A DNA stretch of 39,920 bases from Pseudomonadota bacterium (GTDB lineage Bacteria > Pseudomonadota > Alphaproteobacteria > Sphingomonadales > Sphingomonadaceae). Position numbers and translations under genes: made by a program. Below the pieces are notes generated by a model. The model saw only the letters and a list, made by a program, of their open reading frames with translations. It made no database searches and was not told the DNA's origin. Location of the stretch: contig JBCBZY010000001.1 of assembly GCA_039815115.1 (NCBI GenBank), positions 1 through 39,920 on the forward strand, in the 5' to 3' direction. This document shows positions 27,559 to 38,326 of the stretch, in pieces; position 1 is the stretch's first letter, and each line of letters starts with the position of its first letter.

Positions 27559-29358
27559 ATGATCGAGCTGATCCTTCACGTGGCCAATGACTATATTCAG
27601 GCGAACAAGGCGATTATTGGCCTCGTCATACTGGCATTTCTGTTCACCGGCTTTTTCATGGAACGCTTTCCCGCCGCGGTGGTCGCCGTGCTGGGCGCCT
27701 GCATGTTCCTGTTCCTCGGGATCATTGATTCCGACGGCCTGTTTTCGGTCTTCTCCAATACGGCACCCATCACCATTGCCGCCATGTTCATTCTCTCAGG
27801 TGCCTTGCTGAGAACCGGCACGATTGATGCGATTGCCGGGTTCATCATCGCCCGGGCGCGCAAACAACCCAGACTGGCCGTGGTCGAGATGTTTCTCGGT
27901 GCCTTTGTCGCTTCGGCCTTCATGAACAATACGCCGGTGGTGCTGGTGCTGATCCCGATCATCATCCGGCTGTCCCGGGCCACTGGCATATCGTCGAAGA
28001 AGCTGCTGATACCGCTGAGCTTTGTCTGTATATTGGGCGGCACCACCACGCTCATCGGAACATCGACCAACCTGATTGTGGACGCGGTGGCGCGCGATAC
28101 CGGCATGACCGGGTTCGGGATATTCGAGATCACGCCTTACGGACTGGTTGCTGCGGTTGCCGGGATGATCATGATGGCCCTGTTCAGCAGCTGGCTGCTG
28201 CCCAGCGGTCAGGTCAGCGGCGAGTTTGCAAGCAATGACGAAAGCGCTTTCCTGACCGAACTGACCGTCCGCAACCGGTCGGAAGCCAATGGCAGGCGCA
28301 CCGCCGATGTGCCGATATTTCGACGGGCGGGAATCCGGGTGACAGCTGTCAGCCGCGACGGCAATTACATCCGCCATGATCTCGAGCATTTCGTGCTCGA
28401 GTCCGGAGACCGGGTCGCGGTACAGCTGGATCTCGCGGAACTGATCTCGCTCAGGGAATCACCGGATTTCAAGATCGGGATCATTCGGTCCGGTGATGTG
28501 GGACCGCTCGGCGAAGAACTGGTCGAGGCGACGGTGGCACCCAGCCACCCCAGTATCGGCAACCGTCTGTTTGATATCCCGTTCCTGTCCCAGTTGAACG
28601 TGCGAATTCTTGGTATGACGCGTTTCCGTAACTTGCCGCGGTCGGACCTGACCAATGCCCGGATCCACGCAGCGGACCGGTTGCTGGTCACCGGATCCAG
28701 CGAAGATATTGCGCGGATGTATGAGAATCCGAACCTGTTTGGCGTCGGTCAGACCAAGATCCGGGCCTTTCGGCGTGATCGGGCCCCGATTGCCATTGGT
28801 GCTCTGGTGGCGGTTGTCGCACTTGCGGCGCTCAACATCATTCCGCTGGCAGTTGCCGCGATTCTGGCAGTCGGCGCGATTTTGCTGGCCCGCTGCATCG
28901 ATGCAGAGGAGGCCTGGGGGTCGATTGACGGCAATGTGCTGGTTCTGATTTTCGGCATGCTGGCCGTCGGACTCGGGCTCCAGCAGGCGGGGAGCGTGGA
29001 CCTGATTGTTAATGTGCTGACACCCTATTTGCGGGATATTCCGCCCTGGGGGCTGGTCTTTGCCATTTATGTTCTGTCGGTGATCATGACCGAGATTGTG
29101 ACCAACAATGCGGTGGCGATCATCATCACGCCAATTGCCATCGCGCTGGGACAGGATCTCGGCGTCGATCCCCGACCGCTGGTCATTGCCGTGATGTTTG
29201 CCGCGTCGGCCAGTTTCGCCACACCGATTGGCTACCAGACCAATACGCTGGTTTACGCGGCAGGCAATTACCGGTTCACCGACTTTTTCAAGGCGGGCAT
29301 TCCGCTCACCATCGGCGTCGGTCTGGCGACCTGTCTGGCCATCAGTTTTTGGGTCTGA
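27559..29358 (+). CDS. SLC13 family permease with TrkA-C (RCK-C) domains
   Basis: SAFMNNTPVV, GGTTTLIGTSTN, TEIVTNNA, FATPIGYQTN; central soluble region. Confidence 0.93.
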   Translation: MIELILHVANDYIQANKAIIGLVILAFLFTGFFMERFPAAVVAVLGACMFLFLGIIDSDGLFSVFSNTAPITIAAMFILSGALLRTGTIDAIAGFIIARARKQPRLAVVEMFLGAFVASAFMNNTPVVLVLIPIIIRLSRATGISSKKLLIPLSFVCILGGTTTLIGTSTNLIVDAVARDTGMTGFGIFEITPYGLVAAVAGMIMMALFSSWLLPSGQVSGEFASNDESAFLTELTVRNRSEANGRRTADVPIFRRAGIRVTAVSRDGNYIRHDLEHFVLESGDRVAVQLDLAELISLRESPDFKIGIIRSGDVGPLGEELVEATVAPSHPSIGNRLFDIPFLSQLNVRILGMTRFRNLPRSDLTNARIHAADRLLVTGSSEDIARMYENPNLFGVGQTKIRAFRRDRAPIAIGALVAVVALAALNIIPLAVAAILAVGAILLARCIDAEEAWGSIDGNVLVLIFGMLAVGLGLQQAGSVDLIVNVLTPYLRDIPPWGLVFAIYVLSVIMTEIVTNNAVAIIITPIAIALGQDLGVDPRPLVIAVMFAASASFATPIGYQTNTLVYAAGNYRFTDFFKAGIPLTIGVGLATCLAISFWV

Positions 29359-29451
29359 GATGGAATTCGCAAGATCTGATGCGGATATCGCGCTTGCCCC
29401 GGATCGAGGGCGTCTATAGGTTCGGCAAAAATCAAAACGGGGAATGGTGCA

Positions 29452-30699
29452 ATGCTGTCTGTCTGGTTCAAAATACCGCTTTGGCAGCGGGTCATCGGTG
29501 CGCTGATCCTGGGTGTTGCGGCCGGCCTCTACTGGGGTCCCGATGCGGAATCGATCAAATGGATCGGGGATTTCTTCATCAAGGCAATCAAGATGCTGGT
29601 CGTCCCGCTGATCTTCTTCAGCCTTGTGGCCGGTGTTGCCGCCATTGGCGACTTGCGCAAGCTCGGAGCAGTCGGCGGACGGGCAATCATCCTTTTCGTG
29701 GTCAGCGGTCAGATCGCCGTATGGCTGGGCCTCGCACTCGGCACCGGTGCGATCAATCTCGGCCTGTTCCCGAGCAAGGAAGAACTCGGCACACCCGAAG
29801 TGCCGACACCGGCGCCGAATGAAACCACCGCCGTTGACATGATCCTGTCGATCGTCCCGGAAAGCCCGGTACAGGTGATGGCTGATGTCGCCGTGCTGCC
29901 GTTGATTGTGTTTTCCTTGCTCATCGGGATCGGCATCCTGATGGCCAAGGAAGACGGGGAGCCGGTTCAGAAAATTTTCGATAGCGGTGCGATTGTCATG
30001 CAGAAAGTGACGATGATCGTCATGGAGCTGACTCCGTTCGGTGTATTTGCGCTGATGGCCTGGGTGGCGGGCACGCTGGGCGTTGATGCGCTCAAGGCGC
30101 TGAGCTGGCTGGTGGTACTGAACTATGTCGGCTGCCTGCTGATCATCGGGGTGATGTACTCGGCGATGATCAAATTGATCGCCAAGCTCCCGGTAGTGGA
30201 TTTCTTCCGCGGGATTATCGATGCGATCGCGGTCAGCTACTCAACCGCAAGCTCCAATGCCACTTTGCCGGTAACCTTGCGTTGCGCACGCCGAAATCTG
30301 GGCGTCAGCAATTCGGTCGCCAGTTTCGTGATCTCGCTGGGTGCGACGATCAATATGAACGGCACGGCCATGTATCTCGGTCTTGCAACCCTCTTTGGTG
30401 CTTCCATTTTCGGAGTGGACCTGAGCTGGGGACAATATTTCCTTATTTCCATTCTCGCGACACTGGGGGCGATTGGCGCAGCCGGCATACCGGGGGCGGG
30501 CCTCATCATGATGGCGCTGGTGTTCGGCGCAGTGGGCGTCCCGCTGGAAACGATTGCCTTTGTTGCCGGTGTCGACCGGATCATGGATATGATGCGCACA
30601 ACGACGAACGTCAGCGGCGATGCGGCGGTGGCCACGACAGTGGCCAGCCTCACAAATGAAATTGACCGCGAGGAAATGATCTCCGCCGACGATGTCTGA
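29452..30699 (+). CDS. Dicarboxylate/amino acid:cation symporter (DAACS)
   Basis: STASSNATLP, GATINMNGT, GAAGIPG, VDRIMDMMRTTTNVSGD. Confidence 0.95.
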   Translation: MLSVWFKIPLWQRVIGALILGVAAGLYWGPDAESIKWIGDFFIKAIKMLVVPLIFFSLVAGVAAIGDLRKLGAVGGRAIILFVVSGQIAVWLGLALGTGAINLGLFPSKEELGTPEVPTPAPNETTAVDMILSIVPESPVQVMADVAVLPLIVFSLLIGIGILMAKEDGEPVQKIFDSGAIVMQKVTMIVMELTPFGVFALMAWVAGTLGVDALKALSWLVVLNYVGCLLIIGVMYSAMIKLIAKLPVVDFFRGIIDAIAVSYSTASSNATLPVTLRCARRNLGVSNSVASFVISLGATINMNGTAMYLGLATLFGASIFGVDLSWGQYFLISILATLGAIGAAGIPGAGLIMMALVFGAVGVPLETIAFVAGVDRIMDMMRTTTNVSGDAAVATTVASLTNEIDREEMISADDV

Positions 30700-30716
30700 C
30701 GCAGGATAACAGGCCC

Positions 30717-31508
30717 TCAGGCCCTTTGCGAACCCGACTGCCCAACCGAGCGCCGGTACAGGTGCCAGGTGGCGTGCCCGAGCACCGGAAGCACCACGAA
30801 TAACCCTAGGAAGAAAGGCAGCATCGCGACAAACAGGGTGATAGCGATTACCGCTGCCCAGATCAGCATGACTCGCGTGTTGGAACGGACCGTCGCCAGG
30901 CTGACGATGATGGCGGTGATAAAATCGACTTCGCGATCAACCAGCATTGGCAGGCTGGCCACGGTGATGGCATAGAATGCGAGCGCGATCAGCGCCCCGA
31001 AAAAGCTGCCCACCACCAGCATCGCGATCCCGGCGCCGGTGCGGAACAGCTCCATCGATTCCGAGGCCAGCCCGGACTCCGCGAGGAATATCGCGAAAAT
31101 GCCGTGCGCGATCATCAGCCAGAAACCGAAGGCAACGAACAGGATGACGCCCATGCTGATAATCTGCTCGTCACCATGTCCGCGCAGGGCGCCAAGAACC
31201 GCGCGCCAGCTCATCGGCAGGCCCGCCTCGCGACGCCGGCTGACTTCATAGAGACCCACCGCGACAAAAGGCGCGAGAAGCGGGAATCCCGCGGCGGCCG
31301 GAACCAGCCAGAAGACCTCGCCCCTGACAAACAGGGCGAAATAGAGAAATATGCCGGCCCCAACATAGATGGCGGCGAAAAACAGTCCGAAAGCTGGATG
31401 GGCCCTGAAATCCCGCCACCCGGCCGCCAGTGCAGCCCTGAGATCACCAACCGTGAGATTTTTTGCCACCGACACCGGGGCAGTGGGAGCCTGTTCAGCT
31501 GTGCTCAT
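30717..31508 (-). CDS. DUF2189 family membrane protein
   Basis: GWRDF, PFVAVGLYEVSRRRE, LPVLGHATWHLYR; GGAGG RBS. Confidence 0.92.
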   Translation of the reverse strand: MSTAEQAPTAPVSVAKNLTVGDLRAALAAGWRDFRAHPAFGLFFAAIYVGAGIFLYFALFVRGEVFWLVPAAAGFPLLAPFVAVGLYEVSRRREAGLPMSWRAVLGALRGHGDEQIISMGVILFVAFGFWLMIAHGIFAIFLAESGLASESMELFRTGAGIAMLVVGSFFGALIALAFYAITVASLPMLVDREVDFITAIIVSLATVRSNTRVMLIWAAVIAITLFVAMLPFFLGLFVVLPVLGHATWHLYRRSVGQSGSQRA

Positions 31509-31795
31509 GACATCCCCTCCTGTGCAGGGATTGTGCCTCAAAATCGCGATTCCATCAAGTTCGGGCCCGGAGCCGTGCAATCCGCCCGGTGACCGGTGAC
31601 CGGATTGCTGCCTTTGGTTCCGAATGGGATCTGTGTTATTTTTGCCGGAAATCTCCGCTCAATTGTAAATTTTGTCTCCAGATCCGTCTCAGGCCAGTAA
31701 TAATCTTGTTGGCGACCAGTCGGCATGTTAGCGACCGTTCCATATTTTGACGCAGTCTCTCCCGGACGCCGTCAGGACAGATATGTGGGGCGTAT

Positions 31796-32374
31796 ATGAA
31801 AAAACTTCTTCTGGCTTCGGCGGCTTTGCTGGTGGCAACTCCGGCCACGGCCGCAACTTTTGTTGTCGACGCTTTCGATAACAGCGTTTCCGGCGGTACC
31901 GGACTGAGTACGATTTCACTCACTGCGGGGCAGGTGTTTACCGTCATCTCAAGTACCGATGATCTCTGGAGCGCCGGTGCGCTCCCGCGTTTCTCGGATG
32001 CCAACGGACTGGTCGCAGACCGCTTCGCAACGGCTATGGATGATTCTGGTCAAGCCGTAGGCACCCAGATCGGCCGCGACTTTGGCACTTTTAGCGCCTT
32101 CGGCCTCTCCGCTGCCTTTGGTACGCTGGTCGGCAATATCAACGGCAATTACCAGGTTATCGGCGCAGATTTTTCTGGCGCGGCGTGGGATACCGGCACT
32201 CTGGAACTGTTCTACTGGGACAGCAATCAGCGCGACAATTTCGGCGATATCAGCTTTGAAATAAACGCGGTTCCCGAGCCCGCAACCTGGGCGTTCATGA
32301 TCTTCGGCTTTGGCGCCATCGGCAGTGCCATGCGCCGTCGCAAAACGGTCAGTACGAAAGTCAGCTACAGCTGA
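31796..32374 (+). CDS. PEPxxWA-CTERM sorted extracellular protein
   Basis: N-terminal signal peptide and C-terminal VPEPATWAFMIFGFGAIGSAMRRRK. Confidence 0.95.
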   Translation: MKKLLLASAALLVATPATAATFVVDAFDNSVSGGTGLSTISLTAGQVFTVISSTDDLWSAGALPRFSDANGLVADRFATAMDDSGQAVGTQIGRDFGTFSAFGLSAAFGTLVGNINGNYQVIGADFSGAAWDTGTLELFYWDSNQRDNFGDISFEINAVPEPATWAFMIFGFGAIGSAMRRRKTVSTKVSYS

Positions 32375-32408
32375 TCAGAGACAGTCTTGCTGCATGCAAG
32401 ATCGGCAG

Positions 32409-32446
32409 AAAAAGGCCTCGCCAGACATCGTCTGCGGGGCTTTTTT
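32409..32446. terminator. Bidirectional intrinsic terminator
   Basis: A-run, GC hairpin and T-run between the convergent PEP-CTERM gene and purA. Confidence 0.75.
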
Positions 32447-32479
32447 GTGCCTGAAGCGCTTCTCTGCGATGGCGGCTGC

Positions 32480-33769
32480 CTAGTCCGCGAACGGATCGGT
32501 GACCAGGATCGTATCTTCGCGCTCGGGTGATGTGGAGACCAGGGCGACCGGGCACTGGATCAGTTCTTCGACCCGCTTGATATATTTGATCGCCTGTGCC
32601 GGCAGATCGGCCCAGCTTCTTGCCCCGGCGGTTGATTCACTCCAGCCCGGCATTGTTTCGTAGATCGGCTTGACGCCTTCCTGGTCCTGATGATGCGGCG
32701 GCAGATAGTCGTAAGTCACGCCGTCAAGATCATAGCCGATGCAGATTTTCAGTTCCTCGAATCCGTCGAGCACGTCGAGCTTGGTGAGGGCAATGCCGGC
32801 GACACCGGACACGGCCAGTGCCTGGCGGACGAGTACCGCATCAAACCAGCCGCAGCGCCGCTGGCGGCCGGTATTGGTCCCGAATTCATGCCCGCGTTCG
32901 CCCAGCCGCTGCCCGACATCATCATCCAGCTCTGTCGGGAAAGGACCCGAACCGACCCGGGTGGTGTAAGCCTTGACGATCCCCAGCACATAGCCAGTCC
33001 CGGAAGGTCCGAGGCCGGATCCACCAGCCGCGGTACCCGAGATGGTATTGGAACTGGTGACAAAGGGATAGGTGCCGTGGTCAACATCAAGCAGGACGCC
33101 CTGCGCGCCCTCGAACAATATCCTGTCGCCACGCTTGCGGGCTTCGTTGAGGCGCTTCCAGACCGGCTGCGCATATTGCAGGACCGAGTCCGCGATCTCT
33201 CGCAGATCGGCGAGCAGGCGTGTCCGGTCCACAGGCGGTTCGCCAAATCCTGCCCGCAGCGCGTCATGGTGCGCGCAAAGCCGGTCCAGTTGCGGACCGA
33301 GATCATCGAGATGCGCGAGGTCGCACACCCGGATCGAACGGCGTCCGACCTTGTCTTCATAGGCCGGACCAATGCCGCGCCTCGTGGTGCCGATCTTGCC
33401 CTTGCCGCTGGCATCTTCGCGCATCGCATCGAGATCGCGGTGGATCGGCAGGATCAGCGGGCAGTTTTCGGCAATCCCGAAATTGTCCGCGTTGATTGCC
33501 ACGCCTTGATTGGACAGCTTTTCAATCTCGTCCCGCAAATGCCAGGGATCGAGAACCACGCCGTTGCCGATGATCGACAGGGCCCCGCGGACGATCCCGG
33601 ACGGCAGCAGCGACAGCTTGTAGACTTCGCCATCGACGACCAGCGTATGGCCGGCATTATGACCGCCCTGGAAGCGCACAACGACATTGGCGCGTTCAGA
33701 CAGCCAGTCGACAATCTTGCCCTTGCCTTCATCGCCCCACTGGGCGCCGATTACGGTTACATTTGCCAT
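32480..33769 (-). CDS. purA: Adenylosuccinate synthetase
   Basis: [45 protein letters not shown]. Confidence 0.98.
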   Translation of the reverse strand: MANVTVIGAQWGDEGKGKIVDWLSERANVVVRFQGGHNAGHTLVVDGEVYKLSLLPSGIVRGALSIIGNGVVLDPWHLRDEIEKLSNQGVAINADNFGIAENCPLILPIHRDLDAMREDASGKGKIGTTRRGIGPAYEDKVGRRSIRVCDLAHLDDLGPQLDRLCAHHDALRAGFGEPPVDRTRLLADLREIADSVLQYAQPVWKRLNEARKRGDRILFEGAQGVLLDVDHGTYPFVTSSNTISGTAAGGSGLGPSGTGYVLGIVKAYTTRVGSGPFPTELDDDVGQRLGERGHEFGTNTGRQRRCGWFDAVLVRQALAVSGVAGIALTKLDVLDGFEELKICIGYDLDGVTYDYLPPHHQDQEGVKPIYETMPGWSESTAGARSWADLPAQAIKYIKRVEELIQCPVALVSTSPEREDTILVTDPFAD

Positions 33770-33791
33770 GGCTGAAAGGTCTTCCTGTTGA

Positions 33792-34907
33792 TCATGTCTC
33801 TACCGGGTCGCTGCCATCGAGAATATGGCTGCATCCGAGGTTTTGCGAGCTGTCAGCTTCGGTCAATGCTGCCACTGTCCGCCACCCTTCGGCGCGGAGT
33901 GCTGCCGCCCGTTCGCGGTCATGTCCGAGTGGCAGGAACAGGGTCTTGCGGACCTTGCTTCCACTGCCCGCGCCGACCAGCGGACCGGGATAAAGGGAGA
34001 AGCCGACGGCGGGTTCAGCGCTGCCATCGGGCCGGGCAATTTCATAACTGCCCCCGCGGCCCATCGCGCCGACAAAGCCGTCTGCAAACAATGTAAAGCC
34101 GAACCAGTTCTGATATTCGAAACCATGCCGTTCTGTTGGGTCAAGTGTAAGATCCGCCTTGTCCCGGATGGTATCAGCGATCGCGGCAATGCCGTCGAGC
34201 CGCGAGGACAGGAGGGCGTCAGCATCCAACGCCCGCATTTTGGCCATCGCATCGTCAAATGGTCCAGTGGCTTCGATCAGCGGCAGATATCCGGTGGCGC
34301 CCAGTTCGGCGAGACCACCGGCGTCTTTCATATCGAGCTCCCGGCGCACTTCACTGGCCTGGGCGCTGCTCAGGGGTAGCGGACCGCCCGACAGAATATC
34401 GATCAGGTCGGGCATGGTAAAATCCACCGTGATGCCGGTCAGCCCGGCGCGTTCCAGCGCTTCAATCGCGACCGAAACAATTTCGCTGGCGGCGGCAACG
34501 CTATCGATACCAATCAGCTCCGCGCCAATCTGCAACCGGCTGCGTTCCGGACGCAGCTGGCCCGAGCGCAGTTTCAGCACCGTGCCCGAATAGCTGAGCC
34601 GCAGCGGTCGCGGTACATCGGCCATGCTGGTGGACGCGATTCGGCCGATCTGCATGGTCACATCCGGCCGCAGGGCCAGCGTCCGCTGGGAGATCGGATC
34701 GACAAGGCGCATCAGGTCGCTTTTCGCCGAACCGGTCATGCGGCTGGTCAGGACATCCTCATATTCCGCCAGCGGCGGCGACACGCGGGCATAGCCGTGA
34801 CTGGCCAGCGTATCGAGAATATCGCGCTCCATGCGCGACGCCGCCTCCGCGTGCGGCGGCAGCGCATCGTGAAAGCCCTCGGGCAGCAAGTTGGACCGCT
34901 TTTGCAT
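33792..34907 (-). CDS. hisZ: ATP phosphoribosyltransferase regulatory subunit
   Basis: [35 protein letters not shown]; upstream of purA. Confidence 0.93.
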   Translation of the reverse strand: MQKRSNLLPEGFHDALPPHAEAASRMERDILDTLASHGYARVSPPLAEYEDVLTSRMTGSAKSDLMRLVDPISQRTLALRPDVTMQIGRIASTSMADVPRPLRLSYSGTVLKLRSGQLRPERSRLQIGAELIGIDSVAAASEIVSVAIEALERAGLTGITVDFTMPDLIDILSGGPLPLSSAQASEVRRELDMKDAGGLAELGATGYLPLIEATGPFDDAMAKMRALDADALLSSRLDGIAAIADTIRDKADLTLDPTERHGFEYQNWFGFTLFADGFVGAMGRGGSYEIARPDGSAEPAVGFSLYPGPLVGAGSGSKVRKTLFLPLGHDRERAAALRAEGWRTVAALTEADSSQNLGCSHILDGSDPVET

Positions 34908-34967
34908 GATCTCTGCTCCATAGCCCAAGCACCGGCTCAGGCCATCGCTTTTTTTGGTTGCCGGCCT

Positions 34968-36554
34968 TTATTCGAAGCGCAGCGCCTTGACGGTTTTGAC
35001 GCCTTCCAGTTGGCAAACGCTCCACAGCACCGGCTCCTCGACCGGCGAGTCGATAGACAGCAGCAGGACCGCTTCGCCGCCAGGTACGTCCGAGCGACGT
35101 CCGAGATGGAATGTCCCGATATTGACATCGGCCTGACCGAGAGTGGACCCGACACTGCCGATAAATCCGGGCTGATCCTCGTTGACGACATAGAGCATGT
35201 CGCCTTCCAGATCGGCCTCGACCTTGATGCCGAACATTTCGACCAGTCGCGGACCCGAGCTGCCGAACAAGGTGCCTGCTACCGATTTTTCACCTTCGCC
35301 GGTGGAGACCGATACACGCACCAGTGTGTGATAGTCTCCTTCCCGTTCGTGCCGCACTTCGCGTACGTCCAGCCCGCGTTCCTTGGCGAGATAGGGGGCG
35401 TTGACCATATTCACCGTGTCGCTATAGGCGCGCATCAGTCCGGCGAGGACCGCCGCCGTAATTGGCTTCTGGTCCAGCTCAGCGGCGGCTCCTTCAACTT
35501 CCACCGAGACGCCACGGATCTGGTCACCGGCCAGCTGACCGACCAGCGAACCCAGCTGGGTAGCGAGCGCCATATAGGGCTTCAGCTTCGGCGCTTGCTC
35601 GGCCGAAAGGCTCGGCATGTTGAGGGCATTGGTGACACCGCCATTGACCAGATAATCGGCCATTTGCTCGGCCACCTGAATCGCCACATTGACCTGCGCC
35701 TCGCTGGTCGATGCGCCGAGATGCGGCGTACAGATCAGGTTTGGCGTGCCGAACAACGGGTTTTCCTTTGCCGGTTCTTCTGCATACACGTCGAGAGCCG
35801 CACCAGCGACATGGCCGGATTCCAAAGCCTGCTTGAGTGCATCTTCGTCGATCAGGCCACCGCGAGCGCAATTGATGATGCGCACGCCCGGCTTGGTTTT
35901 GGCAAGCGCTTCCGCCGACAGGATATTGCGGGTCTGGTCGGTGAGCGGTGTGTGCATCGTGATGAAGTCGGCCCGGGCAAGAAGATCATCCAGAGCGACT
36001 TTCTCGACGCCGATTTCGACCGCCCGTTCCTCGGTCAGGAAGGGGTCATAGGCAATCACTTTCATGCGCAGTCCGATCGCGCGTTCGGCCACGATCGAAC
36101 CGATATTGCCGGCACCGATCAGGCCGAGCGTCTTGCTGGTCAGCTCGACGCCCATATATTTGGATTTCTCCCACTTGCCGGCCTGGGTCGAAGCATCGGC
36201 GGAGGGCAGCTGGCGCGCGAGGGCGAACATCATCGCAATCGCATGTTCGGCCGTGGTGATGCTGTTGCCAAAGGGCGTGTTCATCACGACCACGCCTTTT
36301 GCCGAGGCGGCGGGAATATCGACATTGTCCACCCCGATCCCGGCGCGGCCAACCACTTTCAGGTTGGCGGCGGCATCCAGAATTTCAGGCGTGACCTTGG
36401 TCGATGAGCGGATGGCGAGACCGTCATATTCGCCGATGATTTGCAGCAGTTCTTCCGGTGTCTGACCGGTGATTTCATCGACTTCGACGCCGCGGTCGCG
36501 GAAAATCTCGGCGGCTTTGGGATCCATTTTGTCGGAAATAAGTACTTTGGGCAT
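34968..36554 (-). CDS. serA: D-3-phosphoglycerate dehydrogenase with ACT domain
   Basis: RAGIGVDNVD, GAGNIG, NCARGG, TPHLGAST, C-terminal NEDQPGFIG ACT domain. Confidence 0.97.
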   Translation of the reverse strand: MPKVLISDKMDPKAAEIFRDRGVEVDEITGQTPEELLQIIGEYDGLAIRSSTKVTPEILDAAANLKVVGRAGIGVDNVDIPAASAKGVVVMNTPFGNSITTAEHAIAMMFALARQLPSADASTQAGKWEKSKYMGVELTSKTLGLIGAGNIGSIVAERAIGLRMKVIAYDPFLTEERAVEIGVEKVALDDLLARADFITMHTPLTDQTRNILSAEALAKTKPGVRIINCARGGLIDEDALKQALESGHVAGAALDVYAEEPAKENPLFGTPNLICTPHLGASTSEAQVNVAIQVAEQMADYLVNGGVTNALNMPSLSAEQAPKLKPYMALATQLGSLVGQLAGDQIRGVSVEVEGAAAELDQKPITAAVLAGLMRAYSDTVNMVNAPYLAKERGLDVREVRHEREGDYHTLVRVSVSTGEGEKSVAGTLFGSSGPRLVEMFGIKVEADLEGDMLYVVNEDQPGFIGSVGSTLGQADVNIGTFHLGRRSDVPGGEAVLLLSIDSPVEEPVLWSVCQLEGVKTVKALRFE

Positions 36555-36580
36555 GATGGGTTATCCTTGAGAATTCTTTG

Positions 36581-36671
36581 CGTCACCCCCGACCGGATCG
36601 GGGGTCCATTTCCGCTGCCTTCACACTGACGCAACTTCGGGAATTGGGTTCCCGCTTTTGCGGGAATGACG
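36581..36671. repeat. REP/MITE-like palindromic element
   Basis: CGTCA...TGACG termini; left arm CGTCACCCCCGACCGGATCGGGGGTCCA; right arm (reverse complement) CGTCATTCCCGCAAAAGCGGGAACCCA. Confidence 0.8.
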
Positions 36672-36679
36672 AAGGGTTG

Positions 36680-37849
36680 TCAGATGGAGGCTTTCACCTG
36701 GGCATAGGCCCATTCGATCCAGGGCAGCAGGCGGCGGACGTCTTCTTCCTCGACCGTGGAACCGCACCAGATGCGCAGGCTTGGCGGGGCATCGCGATAG
36801 CCGTTGAAATCATAACCGATGCCCATTTCGTCCAGCATTCCGGCGATTTTCTTCGGCACAGCCGCCTGACTGTCGGCGTCGAGTCCATCATACCAGTCAC
36901 CCTGGAAAACCATGCAAATGCCGGTATTGGTCCATTTCGCCGGATCGCTGACCATGTTGCGGAGCCACGGGGTGGCTTCGATCCAGTCATGCACAATCTT
37001 CGCGTTGCGGTCAGCCCGGGCATGAAGCTCCGGCAGGCCGCCAATCGATTTCGCCCATTCGAGCGAAGCGATATAGTCCTCGGTGGCCAGCAGCGATGGC
37101 GTATTGATCGTCGCGCCTTCAAAGATTGCGCGATTGAGTTTGTCGCCTTTTTTCACGCGGAAGATTTTGGGCAGCGGCCAGTCGGGATTGTGGCTTTCAA
37201 TCCGTTCGACAGCGCGCGGGCTGAGGATCAGCATGCCGTGGCCGGCCTCCGATCCCATGACTTTCTGCCAGCTATAGGTGGTGGCATCGAGTTTCGGCCA
37301 ATCCATCGGCTGAGCGAAGACTGCGCTGGTCGCGTCATTGATGGTGACGCCTTCGCGGTCATCGGCAATCCAGTCCGTATCCGGGATTTTCGCGCCCGAT
37401 GTGGTGCCGTTCCAGGTGAAGACAATATCATCACCCTTGTCGATCTGGGTCAGGTCGGGAATCTCGCCATAATCGGCTTCCAGCGTTGTCAGATTCGCCG
37501 GCTTGAGCTGTTTGACAGCGTCCTGAATCCAGACATTGCCGAAACTTTCCCAAGCCGCGACGGTCACCGGACGAGCTCCGAGCATGTTCCACATCGCCAG
37601 TTCGACGGCTCCGGTATCCGAAGCCGGAACAATGCCGATCAGATAGTCATCGGGAATGCCGAGCAGCTCGCGCGACAGGTCGATGGCATATTTCAGCCGG
37701 CCTTTGCCGGTGGCCGAACGATGGGACCGTCCCATGGCGATGGTGTTGATTTTGTCGAGTGACCAACCGGGAAACTTGGCTGTAGGCCCCGAAGAAAAAT
37801 TGGGGCAGTCCGGACGCAACTCGGGCGTCGGTATTGTCGTATCAGTCAT
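36680..37849 (-). CDS. serC: Phosphoserine aminotransferase
   Basis: NFSSGP, PASDTGAVE, NGTTSG, DATSA, SWQKV (PLP Lys), TINTPS, LRIWCG. Confidence 0.96.
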   Translation of the reverse strand: MTDTTIPTPELRPDCPNFSSGPTAKFPGWSLDKINTIAMGRSHRSATGKGRLKYAIDLSRELLGIPDDYLIGIVPASDTGAVELAMWNMLGARPVTVAAWESFGNVWIQDAVKQLKPANLTTLEADYGEIPDLTQIDKGDDIVFTWNGTTSGAKIPDTDWIADDREGVTINDATSAVFAQPMDWPKLDATTYSWQKVMGSEAGHGMLILSPRAVERIESHNPDWPLPKIFRVKKGDKLNRAIFEGATINTPSLLATEDYIASLEWAKSIGGLPELHARADRNAKIVHDWIEATPWLRNMVSDPAKWTNTGICMVFQGDWYDGLDADSQAAVPKKIAGMLDEMGIGYDFNGYRDAPPSLRIWCGSTVEEEDVRRLLPWIEWAYAQVKASI

Positions 37850-37855
37850 GTCTTG

Positions 37856-37903
37856 CTTCTCCTTGCAGAGAGCTCGCGCGGCGTTGGGACCGCGTGGCCC
37901 GTT
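37856..37903 (-). ncRNA. serC leader RNA motif (cis-regulatory)
   Basis: Minus strand GGGCCACGCGG-TCCCAACG-CCGCG hairpin, then a CTCT...AGGAG hairpin over the RBS, directly 5' of serC. Consistent with the known alphaproteobacterial serC leader. Confidence 0.7.
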
Positions 37904-37978
37904 GCCGCAATGTCTGTTGCGGCGCAACATGTCAAGAAGCAAATCCGGCGGCGCGCAAAATACAAATGCGCGGGCGGA

Positions 37979-38287
37979 TTATTTTTTGTAGAGAACTTTT
38001 CCGCGGCGGAGTACCAGCAGTTTTTCCATCGATACCGGATGGAAATAGGCTTCAACCCGGTCGCCTTCCGGAGTGGTGCCATAGACTTCATAGCAGCCGC
38101 CATCGACCTTGGATTTTTTCACTTTCCAGCCTTTTTCAACCAGATCGGCTTCCAGCGCGTCGCGGCTGACCCACCCCGATTGTGGTCCGGCTTCGCACTT
38201 CATCTTGCCGGTTGCATGAGCGGGTGAGGACAGACCTACCGTCATGACGGCGGACGCGAGGGCGGCGGTGAGGACAGGATATTTCAT
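37979..38287 (-). CDS. Exported PepSY-domain protein
   Basis: Signal peptide, GWKVKKSKVDGGCYEVYG...EAYFHP; GGAG RBS. Confidence 0.9.
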   Translation of the reverse strand: MKYPVLTAALASAVMTVGLSSPAHATGKMKCEAGPQSGWVSRDALEADLVEKGWKVKKSKVDGGCYEVYGTTPEGDRVEAYFHPVSMEKLLVLRRGKVLYKK

Positions 38288-38326
38288 GTTTCAAACTCCA
38301 ACTGGAAACGCCCGGCGGGCAGGGGA

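Noticed and set aside
32690-37762. Long plus-strand ORFs (361, 536 and 394 aa)
   Set aside because: Antisense to purA, serA and serC; no independent coding signals.
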